Shown here: piece after piece, positions 54,657 through 64,000 of the stretch | Position numbering within the stretch: position 1 is the first letter of the stretch | Layout of the letters: every line of letters begins with the position of its first letter | Source of the DNA: Candidatus Bathyarchaeota archaeon | Lineage (GTDB): Archaea; Thermoproteota; Bathyarchaeia; Bathyarchaeales; DTEX01 | Assembly (NCBI GenBank): GCA_018396655.1 | Contig: JAGTQF010000003.1 | Location: 18,953 to 82,952 of the forward strand | Reading direction: 5' to 3' | Length of the DNA stretch: 64,000 nt | Position numbers and translations under genes: made by a program | Notes under the pieces: generated by a model | What the model saw: the letters and a program-made list of their open reading frames with translations, nothing else | Told to the model about the DNA's origin: nothing | Database searches by the model: none

Positions 54657-55739
54657 TTAGAATTGCTTTGTCATAGCCCATATTCTGCATGTTCCCTCTA
54701 TGCCAACCATGCATGAGCCAACTGGCTTTTGTGGCGTGCAAGTCTTCATGAAGAGTGGGCACTCTTTAGGCTTAATCTTACCCACTATAACTAGGTGGCA
54801 TTGACACCCAGGCGGAATATCCCTTCCAACCCTAATCCTAACATTATACTTTTCATGGGCATCATACTCCAGATACTCATCTTTAAGCGCAAATGCTGAG
54901 TCTGGTATTCTCCCGAGTCCACGCCAATTCCCATCAACAACATTAAATGCTCTCCTCATAAGCTCCTTCGCCCTAACATTTCCCTCCCACCTAACAGCCC
55001 TCTTATACTCGTTCTCCAAAAATGCCACTCGACTTCTAATCTGCCTCAAAGCCATATATATTGCTAGGAGAATATCTATGGGCTCAAAGCCAGCTACAAT
55101 CGTCGGCATCCTATAGGCTTTTGGAAAAACCTCATAGGGCTCCAAACCTATAATTGTGCTCACATGTCCAGGAGCAATAAATGCGTCAATCCGAAGGTCA
55201 CCCATGCCAAGCATGAGCTCCATGGCAGGCGGAATAAGCCTATGTGAAACTAGAAAACTAAGGTTTCTCGGAGGTTTTCTAAGTATTTCGGCAGCTGTTG
55301 AGGGCGCCGTTGTTTCAAAACCAATCGCGAAGAAAACAAACTCTTTATTAGGTTCCTTCTCAGCCATCTTAACAGCATCCATAACGCTGTAGACCACGCG
55401 GATATCAGCACCCCTAGCCTTAGCATCCAGGGGTGACATGCTTGAGCCCGGAACACGCATGACATCACCAAAACATGTGAGAACAGCATCCCTAAGCGCA
55501 ACCTCAATAGCCTCATCAACCTCGGCCGCTGGCGCAATGCAAACTGGGCAGCCTGGACCAGCAATGACATCGACATTTTCGGGAAGCAAGCTTCTAATAC
55601 CATAATGTGATATAGTCCACTCATGCGTCCCGCAGACATGACAAATCTTCACAGTATCTTTCCTTGGAGCAATCTCATGAATCTTCTCGACAATCCTCTT
55701 AGCGAGCTCCGGGTCCCTAAAGCCCCTTCCCCAGGACAT
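54657..55739 (-). CDS. hypD: [NiFe]-hydrogenase maturation protein HypD
   Basis: FRDPELAK..., CHVCGTHE, GPGCPVC and FEPIDIL, with C-terminal Cys motifs. 360 aa. Confidence 0.9.
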   Translation of the reverse strand: MSWGRGFRDPELAKRIVEKIHEIAPRKDTVKICHVCGTHEWTISHYGIRSLLPENVDVIAGPGCPVCIAPAAEVDEAIEVALRDAVLTCFGDVMRVPGSSMSPLDAKARGADIRVVYSVMDAVKMAEKEPNKEFVFFAIGFETTAPSTAAEILRKPPRNLSFLVSHRLIPPAMELMLGMGDLRIDAFIAPGHVSTIIGLEPYEVFPKAYRMPTIVAGFEPIDILLAIYMALRQIRSRVAFLENEYKRAVRWEGNVRAKELMRRAFNVVDGNWRGLGRIPDSAFALKDEYLEYDAHEKYNVRIRVGRDIPPGCQCHLVIVGKIKPKECPLFMKTCTPQKPVGSCMVGIEGTCRIWAMTKQF

Positions 55740-55758
55740 GAGACATCATCTTTTTCAG

Positions 55759-55983
55759 CTAACCCCTTTCAGCCTCCAGAATCTCTCTCCAGAGCTCTAG
55801 AGCCTCTTCAGCCTCCCCCTCATCTAAGACTTGTATTGCATAGCCAGCGTGGACGAGAACATAATCGCCAACCTCAACGTCAACCAAAGAGACGTTAATC
55901 TCCCTAATCACGCCACCGCCAAAATCAACCCTAGCCAAATCACCATTAACCTCAATAACCCTTGCTGGAATAGCCAAGCACAT
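55759..55983 (-). CDS. hypC: [NiFe]-hydrogenase maturation chaperone HypC
   Basis: The conserved N-terminus MCLAIPARVIEV requires the ATG at 55983, because the essential Cys must be residue 2. The listed ORF starts 10 codons upstream. Confidence 0.9.
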   Translation of the reverse strand: MCLAIPARVIEVNGDLARVDFGGGVIREINVSLVDVEVGDYVLVHAGYAIQVLDEGEAEEALELWREILEAERG

Positions 55984-56074
55984 AGCAGCCCCATCAAGAT
56001 ATGAGAATTCCAAGCATAAATATGTTTTTAGGTGGCTAAAAAGAGCGGGGCTTCAAGGACAATACATTGCATTT

Positions 56075-57739
56075 CTAGGGTAGATGAGGATAACTATAGA
56101 CTTTTGCTATGCGCACTCTGGGCTTCTCATCGAAAAGGAGATAAGTGCCATGTCCTGTTTCATCACCATTCAAGCGTCTCTCTGGAATCCATAAGCCATT
56201 TTTAAATGTGCCCTCATCAACCCATAATATCTCCACATTTGATGAGAAGTTATCCTTCGGTAGAAACCTAAGCATAAAGTTTATCCCGGCAACAATATAC
56301 TCATCATTTTTTACGGCAATGATTAGACCTGCAGCTGGGACTCTACATTCATGTAGGATTCCCGGCGATACTACGCGCGCTCTTTCAGATAATTCGCGGA
56401 GGAAGCTTATTCTCAACTGATAATCCCCAAGTTCACAACTGAATCCCCTCACACGCACTCTACCAACCCGCCAGAAAGATATTGTATGATTATATCCGTA
56501 TGTTCCATCATCTACAAAACTAACCATTTGACCCGTGCCCTGATACTTCGCAATTATCGGCATCATTCCTGAGAGTATTTTGTAACTCTCTGATAGAGGA
56601 TGCTTCTCGGGCTCAATAATGCTATCTATCCCAAATGGTGAAAAACCTATGGTGTCGTGTTGACCTATAGCATAGAAGACATAGGCTGCACTTCGTTCAT
56701 CACGAACTGTTTCGGGAATAAAAAGCGGGTTATCCAGCCGAGCATACTCGCAGCAGACGGAAGTGAAATCCTCACGATAAATATCTGGAGAGATTATGTC
56801 TATATGCGGTGCAGCTGCGCGCCAAATATCTAGCATACGGGCAACCGGTCCACCGCTAGGATACTCTCCGGGTCTACCTTCTTCATATTTATATGCACTA
56901 GGTCCAAGCCAAGCATTCACATACATTGGGATTGGATATTCAGCCTTGCCAGCCGCGGCAACGCTGTCTACATAGCGGGCAAAGTGCCATGCCATAAAAA
57001 CCTCATCAGCACCAAAACCAAATATTTCTCTCCAATTCTCAGAAGTCCTACGGCCAGATTTCTCCCATATACATCGCAAGTAGGGATTAAGCGACTTCTC
57101 ATTAGCCTTAAGATACTCAATCAACTCTTCTGGAACGGGTTTAGCGAACTCCTCCTCAGCCATCGGATTATGGTCTCTAGAGGACCCTAATAGGCCAACC
57201 TCATTCTCAACCTGCATCATGATAACAGTATGCTCTTTCTCATCAAACTCACGGATATGTCTCATCAGCAATCTGAACGCCCGTGAATCGGCTTCGAGCG
57301 CGTTCCTGCTAAAGCATGAGATTGAATTAAGGTTTCTGCCTCTTTCATCCTGGGCGCGTGGAAACCTCTTAAGGTCAGTTTTAACCCATGCTGGAGTATA
57401 CGAAGAGACAGCATTCTTCCATGTTCCAAACCAGAGAAAAATAACTTTCAGGTCACGCCTTCGCGCCCCTTCAATCAACCCATCAACTAAAGCGAAATCG
57501 AATTTGCCTTCTTCCGGCTCGATAAGCTCCCAGCTGATTGGAAGCAAAACCGTGTTCAGATTTAGGGAAACAAGACGCGGCCATATTGGCTCCATGTAGG
57601 CTAGGCTGGAAGAAGAGGAGTTATGCACTTCGCCACCAAGAACTATAAATGGCTTTCCATCCACAATCAATTGCATCGCATTTCCAACCCTGCGAAGATG
57701 AGGGGCATCATTGAAGAATTTTTCAAGGATATTCGCCAT
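56075..57739 (-). CDS. Clan GH-A glycoside hydrolase, GH35/GH42-like beta-galactosidase family (with DUF5597-like C-domain)
   Basis: LIVDGKPFIVLGGEVHNSS...WELIEPEEGKFDF...VIFLWFGTWKN...MMQVENEVG (acid/base NE). 554 aa. Confidence 0.55.
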   Translation of the reverse strand: MANILEKFFNDAPHLRRVGNAMQLIVDGKPFIVLGGEVHNSSSSSLAYMEPIWPRLVSLNLNTVLLPISWELIEPEEGKFDFALVDGLIEGARRRDLKVIFLWFGTWKNAVSSYTPAWVKTDLKRFPRAQDERGRNLNSISCFSRNALEADSRAFRLLMRHIREFDEKEHTVIMMQVENEVGLLGSSRDHNPMAEEEFAKPVPEELIEYLKANEKSLNPYLRCIWEKSGRRTSENWREIFGFGADEVFMAWHFARYVDSVAAAGKAEYPIPMYVNAWLGPSAYKYEEGRPGEYPSGGPVARMLDIWRAAAPHIDIISPDIYREDFTSVCCEYARLDNPLFIPETVRDERSAAYVFYAIGQHDTIGFSPFGIDSIIEPEKHPLSESYKILSGMMPIIAKYQGTGQMVSFVDDGTYGYNHTISFWRVGRVRVRGFSCELGDYQLRISFLRELSERARVVSPGILHECRVPAAGLIIAVKNDEYIVAGINFMLRFLPKDNFSSNVEILWVDEGTFKNGLWIPERRLNGDETGHGTYLLFDEKPRVRIAKVYSYPHLP

Positions 57740-57851
57740 AATGTATTCGCCCCTAAGATAATCAATAGTTTTTCAGCAACCGATTTAAAGGTTTTTGGCA
57801 TCCTTTAAGAAAAATTTAATATAGTCGCTACCTTAAGATTGAGGAGGTTGG

Positions 57852-58388
57852 GTGGCTTATATGGATTTGTTTGAGGCGATTTTGAATAGACGTAGCATAA
57901 GGAGATACATGAGCAAACCGGTTGAGGAGGAAAAAGTTCTTAAGTGTCTTTATGCAGCTATTTGGGCGCCCTCAGCTCATAACTCTCAGCACTGGAATTT
58001 TATTGTGGTAACTGATGCTGAAACTAGGAGGAAACTGGCCGAAATTCATAGGTGGGGAAGGTTTATGGCTGAATCACCCGTAGTTATAGCTGTTGTTGGC
58101 GACCCATCTAAATCGGCCTTTTGGCGTGAGGACCTAGGTGCTGCAACACAAAATCTGCTCTTAGCCGCTTACGCTCAAGGCTTGGGAACATGTTGGATGG
58201 GTGTTGCAGATACACCATATGAGGAGCCGATAAAGAAGCTTTTGGGCATACCGGAAAATCTGAGGGTTCTATGCACAGTCTCTTTAGGTTATCCCGCCGA
58301 GAAACCAGTTAGAGGGAGGGAGCCGCTTAGCCGGAAAGTTCATTGGGAAAAATATGGTGTGCAGAAGGAGATTAATCTGACTTTTTGA
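57852..58388 (+). CDS. Nitroreductase-family flavoprotein
   Basis: RRSIRRY..., APSAHNSQHW, and LLLAAYAQGLGTCWMG. About 175 aa. Confidence 0.8.
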   Translation: MAYMDLFEAILNRRSIRRYMSKPVEEEKVLKCLYAAIWAPSAHNSQHWNFIVVTDAETRRKLAEIHRWGRFMAESPVVIAVVGDPSKSAFWREDLGAATQNLLLAAYAQGLGTCWMGVADTPYEEPIKKLLGIPENLRVLCTVSLGYPAEKPVRGREPLSRKVHWEKYGVQKEINLTF

Positions 58389-58604
58389 GGGCCTTCTTGA
58401 TCATGTAGATAACAATGGCAATAAATATTAAATAGCAAAATCCATACATTAATGCGATTCCACCGCTTATACCACTCAACCATTAACACCCATATTATAT
58501 CGTATACGTATATATAAAAGTCTTTAATTTCTCCCTTGAATTCAGCTTCCACCGCTTTTACTCCAATCAAAGTTAGAATTGCCAGAAAGAAGTCTACTGC
58601 CACC

Positions 58605-60881
58605 CTAGGTGCATGCAGCCATAAATGCCTGGCCAAGGGATATGCCTCCATCTCCTGGCGGTATCTGCTCGTGTACTATGAAGGTTAAGCCCCTTAATCT
58701 AACAATCTCCCCTATTTTCTGGGCCATTATTTGATTGCATGCAACCCCACCAGTAAAACCGATATTTTTGATGCCTCTTTCAAGGGCTTTTTCCACAGCT
58801 AACTCTGCTAAACCCCTAGCCAAATATACGTGTGCTGAGTACGCTAAGTCACGCCTTTTAAGTTTATTTCTCTCCTCAAAGATTGAGACTACTAGGCTTG
58901 TGGTTTCTATAACGTCGCCTCTTATCGCTGGCTCAATAGTTAATATATCTCTGCCACCGATAGCCGCCGACTCGAGTTTCATTGCTGGTTCACCCTCATA
59001 TGTTCTCTCATAGCATATGCCGAGAATCGCTGATACAGCATCCAAAACCCTCCCACAGCTGGACGTCTTTAATCCAACGTTGCCTTTACTTAGCTGCGAT
59101 ATAATAATGTGCGCTTCTCTATTACCATATGGTAGATGCTTACTATTCTCAATAAGCCACTCCTCAATATCCACGTGGCCGAAAAGTATTCCAGCAGCCA
59201 TTCTAAGCGGGTACCTCGTGGCCATATCTCCGCCTAGAAGGGGCTGCTCCTCTAAGTGTCCTAGGCGTCTAAACTCTAGTGGATTAAGTGAGCCAAGTAT
59301 TATTTCGCCTCCCCACGCTCCACCATCCGCACCATAGCCGTATCCATCACAGCATATGGCAACGATATCGTTTATATGGTGCTCGGCCATCAAGGCTGCT
59401 ACATGCGCGTAATGATGCTGAACTTGAACCATTCTCCAGCCCCTCTCCTCAGCCATTCTCTTGGCAAGCATTGTTGTGGCGAATTTCGGATGTAGGTCGC
59501 ATGCAACAGCCTCAACCCTACTGTTTGTTAGGCGTATAAGCCTCTTTGAGGTGGACTCAAGAAACTCCAGGGTCTCAATGTTCTCAACATCGCCTATATG
59601 CTGCGACATGAAGGCTTTGTCGCCAATTACAAGACATGCGGTATTATTTTTCTCCCCACCCAAGCCTAGGGTGCACCGCTTGACTCCAAAACCCAATCTT
59701 ATCGGCTCTGGAGCATAACCCCTAGAGCGTCTTATGAAAACCGTTTTATCGCCATGCAAACGTAGAACTGAGTCATCACATCTATGGGCTATACGCCTAT
59801 CATGTAATAGAAAGTAGTCCACAACCCCGGCCAGCCTCTTAAAAGCCTCAATATCATCTTTAACTATTGGCTGGTTTGGTGGATTGGCGCTAGTCATGAT
59901 AAAGGCTGGGTCTGAGACCCAATCGAAAAGCATATGATGTAGTCCAGTATATGGGAGCATCACGCCTATATTATGTAATCCCGGAGCAATCAGATCAGAT
60001 AAGTAATAATTCTCGCTCCTATTTAATAGGACTATTGGGCGTGAATAAGATAGCAGAGCATCAGCTTCCCACTGGTTAACCTCAGCGAAGGTTTTGACAG
60101 CCTCTAAACTCCTAGCCATTATCGCGAATGGCTTTTGCCTCCTATGCTTAGCCCTCCTAAGCCTCTCTATGGGCTTGTCGAGAAGCGTTGAAGCGGCAAC
60201 ATGAAAGCCACCATAACCCTTAACCGCAATAATATAACCCTCAGAGATTAATTTGCCAGCCTCCCTTATCGGGTCATCACACTCTATTTTTTCGCCATCA
60301 TTGACCGCTAAATATGCCTTAGGCCCACATCTTGGGCATGCAACTGTCTGAGCATGAAATCTCCTATTGGCTGGATTCATGTATTCAGACTTGCAGAACT
60401 CACACATTTGGAAGTCGCGCATCGTTGTGTTCCCTCTATCATATGGAACATCCTCAATTATTGTATATCTCGGCCCACAGTTCACGCATGTAATAAAGAA
60501 ATAATTGTATCTCGGGTTTGATGGGTCACGCATCTCAGCGAGGCACTCGTCACATATAGCTATGTCGGGTGGTATAATCGAGCCCGATAGCTCGGCCTCA
60601 TCTGAACTCTTAAATATCTTAAAATCCCTATACTCCTCATCTGTATCCTCAACTGGCAGAGTTATGATATCATATATTTTTGCCAGCGGAGGCTTCTTTT
60701 CAATGAGTTCTCTCAGGAAACTTTTTATGTCGGAGTCTTGTCCTTCAATGAGTATCTCTACGCATGTGTCCCCTCTATTCCTAACGTAGCCCCTTAAGCC
60801 ATTCTTTACTGCTATACGGTATATGAATGGGCGGAAGCCTACCCCTTGAACTATGCCGGAAACCATTACTTTTAGGCGCAT
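58605..60881 (-). CDS. hypF: Carbamoyltransferase HypF ([NiFe]-hydrogenase maturation)
   Basis: Acylphosphatase domain (VSGIVQGVGFRPF), two Zn-finger pairs (CDECLAEM...CVNCGPRY; CEFCKSEY...CPRCGP), then YrdC-like and Kae1-like domains. 758 aa. Confidence 0.95.
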   Translation of the reverse strand: MRLKVMVSGIVQGVGFRPFIYRIAVKNGLRGYVRNRGDTCVEILIEGQDSDIKSFLRELIEKKPPLAKIYDIITLPVEDTDEEYRDFKIFKSSDEAELSGSIIPPDIAICDECLAEMRDPSNPRYNYFFITCVNCGPRYTIIEDVPYDRGNTTMRDFQMCEFCKSEYMNPANRRFHAQTVACPRCGPKAYLAVNDGEKIECDDPIREAGKLISEGYIIAVKGYGGFHVAASTLLDKPIERLRRAKHRRQKPFAIMARSLEAVKTFAEVNQWEADALLSYSRPIVLLNRSENYYLSDLIAPGLHNIGVMLPYTGLHHMLFDWVSDPAFIMTSANPPNQPIVKDDIEAFKRLAGVVDYFLLHDRRIAHRCDDSVLRLHGDKTVFIRRSRGYAPEPIRLGFGVKRCTLGLGGEKNNTACLVIGDKAFMSQHIGDVENIETLEFLESTSKRLIRLTNSRVEAVACDLHPKFATTMLAKRMAEERGWRMVQVQHHYAHVAALMAEHHINDIVAICCDGYGYGADGGAWGGEIILGSLNPLEFRRLGHLEEQPLLGGDMATRYPLRMAAGILFGHVDIEEWLIENSKHLPYGNREAHIIISQLSKGNVGLKTSSCGRVLDAVSAILGICYERTYEGEPAMKLESAAIGGRDILTIEPAIRGDVIETTSLVVSIFEERNKLKRRDLAYSAHVYLARGLAELAVEKALERGIKNIGFTGGVACNQIMAQKIGEIVRLRGLTFIVHEQIPPGDGGISLGQAFMAACT

Positions 60882-60907
60882 ACCTAGGGATTCCTTTCAT
60901 GCCCTTA

Positions 60908-61810
60908 CTAGGTTCTCTGCTTCGCCTCTAGCGCGCGCTCTAATATTTTCGATGGATTCACGCGTAACTCATCAAAACCCAACTCATTAGGTTGCATGCC
61001 CATTGCTAAGCCAAGCAACTGCGTATAATGTAGCACTGGTATCCCGTACTTCTCACCGAACATTCTTTCAGCGCGCATCTGGTTTGCATCATACATTATG
61101 TGGCATGCTGGACATATGGTTATCAGCGCTTCAGCGTTGGCTTCCCTAACGTGAAGGAGCTTCTCCCTAACAAGGGAAAGTGATATTTTATCGTCTATGG
61201 CGGCTATCGTTGAGCCGCAGCACTCAGTCTCACCAAGATACTCAACACACTTAGCCCCCGTGGCCTCAATTAGCATTTTCAGGACTTTAGGGTTTTCTGG
61301 GTCTTCGAATCCAATATGCTTCCTCGGTCTTGAGAGGTGGCATCCGCTGTGCTCAGCAACCCTAAGACCCTTAAGCGGTCTAAGAATGGCCTTCTTGATT
61401 CTATCTAGGCCGATATCTTCAATTAGGGCTTGGGATATATGTTTCACTTCTATGCTCCCCTTAAATTCTAAGCCAGCCTTACTTAGATGCCTATTAATCT
61501 CCTCCCTAAGCACCTTATCCTCCTTAAGCACCTTATTAGTCTTCTTTAGTGTGCCAGCGCATCCTGGACATAGCGTTAGGATATTTAAGCCTACTTGCTC
61601 GGCTATTGCTAGATTTCGTGCGGATAATAAGAGGGTGAGCTTGTGGCTGAGAGACTCGAGTGGCAGGCCGCAGCAATTAAACTCAGGCATCTCGATTAAT
61701 TCAACACCTAACCTATTTAAGACCTTTCTCGCCGAAAGCTCGTAGGATGAAACCCTATAGGGGATTGCGCAGCCCAAATAAATCGTATACTTAGCACCCG
61801 CTACACCCAT
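60908..61810 (-). CDS. HdrB-like protein with two CCG domains (heterodisulfide reductase B / SdhE / GlcF family)
   Basis: Two CCG motifs (EFNCCGLP and ETECCGST) with the accompanying Cys pattern (LCPGCAGT, ICPACH). 300 aa. Confidence 0.7.
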   Translation of the reverse strand: MGVAGAKYTIYLGCAIPYRVSSYELSARKVLNRLGVELIEMPEFNCCGLPLESLSHKLTLLLSARNLAIAEQVGLNILTLCPGCAGTLKKTNKVLKEDKVLREEINRHLSKAGLEFKGSIEVKHISQALIEDIGLDRIKKAILRPLKGLRVAEHSGCHLSRPRKHIGFEDPENPKVLKMLIEATGAKCVEYLGETECCGSTIAAIDDKISLSLVREKLLHVREANAEALITICPACHIMYDANQMRAERMFGEKYGIPVLHYTQLLGLAMGMQPNELGFDELRVNPSKILERALEAKQRT

Positions 61811-62430
61811 ACCCTAACCTCCGAAGATTTCTGAGGGAGCCCCTCAAGAAACCTCTTAATATCCAAATTCTGTAGGGATTTTGTTAGGCTCTCAACATTT
61901 GTTTTCGGCAGTGGTGGAAGCTGGAGTGTCTCACGCCTTTTAATTCTCGACTCCGGAATCTCATATATGTATCCAGTTTTAATGAGGTTTCCCAAGAGAA
62001 TCTTGAAGGCTTGCGGTATACGCCCCTCCATAGCAGCCATATTCTTAAGCGCCCTTATTACGCTCGCAACCTCAACACCCTGCGGACACCTATCTGTGCA
62101 TGTGAAGCATGAGGCACAAAGCCAGAGAAAATCGCTATCTAAAACCCTATCTTTCAGGCCTAATTGAGCCATGCGAATGATGCTCCTAGGCCTATACTTA
62201 TCACTAAACCTCGCAACAGGGCAGTCGGATGTACATGTTCCACATTGAAAACAATGAATCAGACTCTCTCCACCCGGAACCCTAAGTACCTCATATTTAA
62301 ATTTTGGGTTCACTCTGGAGGGGCTGGCTTTCTCGCTTCCGGACAATATTATTCCCTCCCCTTCCTCCATAATGGCATCTTTATTTGTGTATTTTTCATG
62401 TAGCATTACACAGTTATATTTCTGAAACAA
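61801..62430 (-). CDS. HdrC-like 2x[4Fe-4S] protein
   Basis: CFQCGTCTSDCP and CASCFTCTDRCP. Overlaps the HdrB-like gene by 10 nt. Confidence 0.7.
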   Translation of the reverse strand: MFQKYNCVMLHEKYTNKDAIMEEGEGIILSGSEKASPSRVNPKFKYEVLRVPGGESLIHCFQCGTCTSDCPVARFSDKYRPRSIIRMAQLGLKDRVLDSDFLWLCASCFTCTDRCPQGVEVASVIRALKNMAAMEGRIPQAFKILLGNLIKTGYIYEIPESRIKRRETLQLPPLPKTNVESLTKSLQNLDIKRFLEGLPQKSSEVRVWV

Positions 62431-62498
62431 ATATTAAATCGCGTATTTAAGTTTGGTGTTTATTCTCTTCAAAAATTGGAAGATTGGAGGAAGAACCC

Positions 62499-63395
62499 CT
62501 AGAAACCTCTAACCTTCTCTGAGAGCCTTGTGAGTAGCCTCTTAGCCTCTCTTATGTTCTTTATGCTTCTTCGACATACCATACATATCTTCATAGCGCT
62601 TAGGATTTCATTGCTAAATTCACTGTATGCTGGAACCTTCTCCGTGGTTATGCGTTTTAGCGCCCAATCTATTTGTTTCTCCGGGATGAAGGTGCCGCCA
62701 CATACCGAGCAGCTGAGCAGGTCAACCTCATTTGATACCATTGTTGTCTGGCGATTATTTGTCACCAGATGGTACTCACGTGTTAGCCTTATTGCCTGCG
62801 TTGGGCATTCATCTTGGCAGACTGCACAGAAGGAACAGTGCCCATAATTAACCCTCACAATTCTCTTATCTGGTCCATCTATTACGTCTATGGCATCAGC
62901 CGTGCAGACCTGGGCGCATGTACCACAACCCATACACTTCTCCCTATCGAACTCATGCTTTCCACGGAAACCCTCAGGGGCCAGCCAATAATCCTCTTTC
63001 TCTTCAATCTTTACGCCCAGTATATCGGCAACCGCCTTAACAATTGCTTGTGGTCTAGGCGGGCAACCTGGAACATAATAATTAACCGGGATTATTTGGT
63101 CCGGCGGCCCAACCATTGGGTAGCCCTTATCAAATATTTCCTTTGTCAGCGCGCAGTTTCCAACAGCAATGACGATTTTTGGCGGGTTAATTGTCTCATA
63201 AGTTTTCAGTAGCTCCTCCTTACCCTTAACATTCACGCCACCAGTTAAAATTAGGACATTTGCCTCCTCCGGTCTCTCGACAACCTCAATGCCTAAATCT
63301 GCGAGCTTATATCTTGGGACTAAACACTCTAAAATCTCTACATCGCATCCATTACAGCCGGCTGACAGGAAACGATAAACGGATATTTTAGCCAT
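62499..63395 (-). CDS. Group-4-type [NiFe]-hydrogenase small subunit (NuoB-like) fused to a 2x[4Fe-4S] ferredoxin (NuoI/HycF-like) module
   Basis: GCNGCDVEIL, VGNCA and PGCPPRP are the NuoB-like cluster ligands. These are followed by CMGCGTCAQVC, CSFCAVCQDECP and a further CSVCG...CMVC. Confidence 0.75.
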   Translation of the reverse strand: MAKISVYRFLSAGCNGCDVEILECLVPRYKLADLGIEVVERPEEANVLILTGGVNVKGKEELLKTYETINPPKIVIAVGNCALTKEIFDKGYPMVGPPDQIIPVNYYVPGCPPRPQAIVKAVADILGVKIEEKEDYWLAPEGFRGKHEFDREKCMGCGTCAQVCTADAIDVIDGPDKRIVRVNYGHCSFCAVCQDECPTQAIRLTREYHLVTNNRQTTMVSNEVDLLSCSVCGGTFIPEKQIDWALKRITTEKVPAYSEFSNEILSAMKICMVCRRSIKNIREAKRLLTRLSEKVRGF

Positions 63396-63414
63396 AACTC
63401 ATCCACCTCCAAAC

Positions 63415-64000
63415 CTATCTTAACGCTATAATTCTCCTCCTGCCGGTTTTAGCATCAACAATTGTTACGCGGTCCGTGCATGCGAAGCATGGGTCTATGC
63501 TCTCAATAACCGCTCTAGCGTTCTCTAGGCGCTCGCCCTTGAGCATCTCTAATATGGCGAAGTTATTAGCATAGGATGGTGTCCTAACTTTAACTCTCTC
63601 AGGAATATTTGTTCCATTAGACCTTATATAGTAAACGAGTTCCCCGCGGGGAGCCTCTGTCCTGCCAACCTCCTCCCCCACCTTAGGCTCACCGGGCTTA
63701 GCGACAATATCGCCGGGCGGAAGATTATCAAGCGCCTGCTCAATTATTTTCATGCTCTCATACGTCTCCCTAGCCCTGACAAGAGCCTTCGCCCTGACAT
63801 CACCATCTCTCTCAACAATAACTTGGAAGTCGAGTTTATCGTAGGCTGCATATGGGTCCTCCTTCCTTATGTCGCTGGCTATTCCAGAGCCCCTAAGTGT
63901 CGGTCCAACTGCGCCAACATCGAGGGCTCTCTCTCTGGGTAGAACCCCAACTCCCTTAGTTTTCTTTGTGAATGCCCCATTATCATCTAGGAGCGACATT
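63415..64000 (-). CDS. [NiFe]-hydrogenase large subunit, group 4 (Ech/Mbh/Hyc-like); C-terminal part only, the gene continues past the window end
   Basis: GPTLRGSGI..D.R, EAPRGELVYY, and the C-terminal Ni-binding motif DPCFACTDR (the group-4 R variant), followed by a 17-aa tail. Confidence 0.85.
   Translation of the reverse strand, partial: MSLLDDNGAFTKKTKGVGVLPRERALDVGAVGPTLRGSGIASDIRKEDPYAAYDKLDFQVIVERDGDVRAKALVRARETYESMKIIEQALDNLPPGDIVAKPGEPKVGEEVGRTEAPRGELVYYIRSNGTNIPERVKVRTPSYANNFAILEMLKGERLENARAVIESIDPCFACTDRVTIVDAKTGRRRIIALR

Noticed and set aside
58340-58651. 103-aa minus-strand ORF spanning the hypF stop and the nitroreductase 3' end
   Set aside because: Its first 16 codons overlap hypF in another frame and its last ~16 codons overlap the convergent nitroreductase gene. 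A shorter GTG-initiated version (58340-58603) is hydrophobic but has no recognisable family or RBS, so the evidence is insufficient.

Overview
This is a densely coding archaeal chromosomal segment. It holds about 60 protein genes and 2 tRNAs. I found no rRNA, CRISPR array, transposase or integrase. All calls were made by eye from the ORF translations and the DNA; no searches were run. Gene content points to a thermophilic TACK/Thermoproteota-like archaeon: a Sulfolobus-type zinc ferredoxin, ribosomal proteins eS30 and eS17, an archaeal histone, NucS/EndoMS, TmcA/Nat10, a tungsten AOR with its radical-SAM maturase, and a tRNA-Leu locus about 70 nt too long (intron-bearing). Main blocks in order: thi4/purC and a redox-stress group (HtrA, Zn-ferredoxin, rubrerythrin-VIT1, peroxiredoxin, UDG) at 1.6-8.8 kb; an ACT-domain regulator divergent from argG-argH-carA-carB at 8.8-16.8 kb; a secreted glycoprotein and a membrane-tethered wHTH with an ABC exporter at 16.9-21.7 kb; a glycan-biosynthesis cluster with a plant-type RGP/GT75 homologue, two GT2s, a radical SAM/SPASM enzyme and a UxaE-like epimerase at 21.7-28.4 kb; informational genes (eS30, NucS, eS17, histone) at 28.4-31.1 kb; a 996-aa FtsX-type fusion protein; thrB; tmcA with a SAM hydrolase; a divergent Hsp20/PAC2 versus UPF0182/membrane-ACD pair; AOR with a MoaD-like protein and a rSAM maturase; hypDC and hypF; and the 3' end of a group-4-like [NiFe] hydrogenase operon that continues into HdrC/HdrB-like genes. 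Most worth a second look: (1) a three-copy intergenic sequence family of about 40-58 nt with a conserved hairpin and an SD-like tail; (2) an orphan, degenerate MCM-type AAA+ protein; (3) a small island of tRNA-Pro, a T-arm fragment, vapBC and a divergent AEP primase-like gene; (4) the hydrogenase-HdrBC linkage; (5) the GT75/RGP homologue. I cannot show that any of these is a complete new system; all functional readings are hypotheses.
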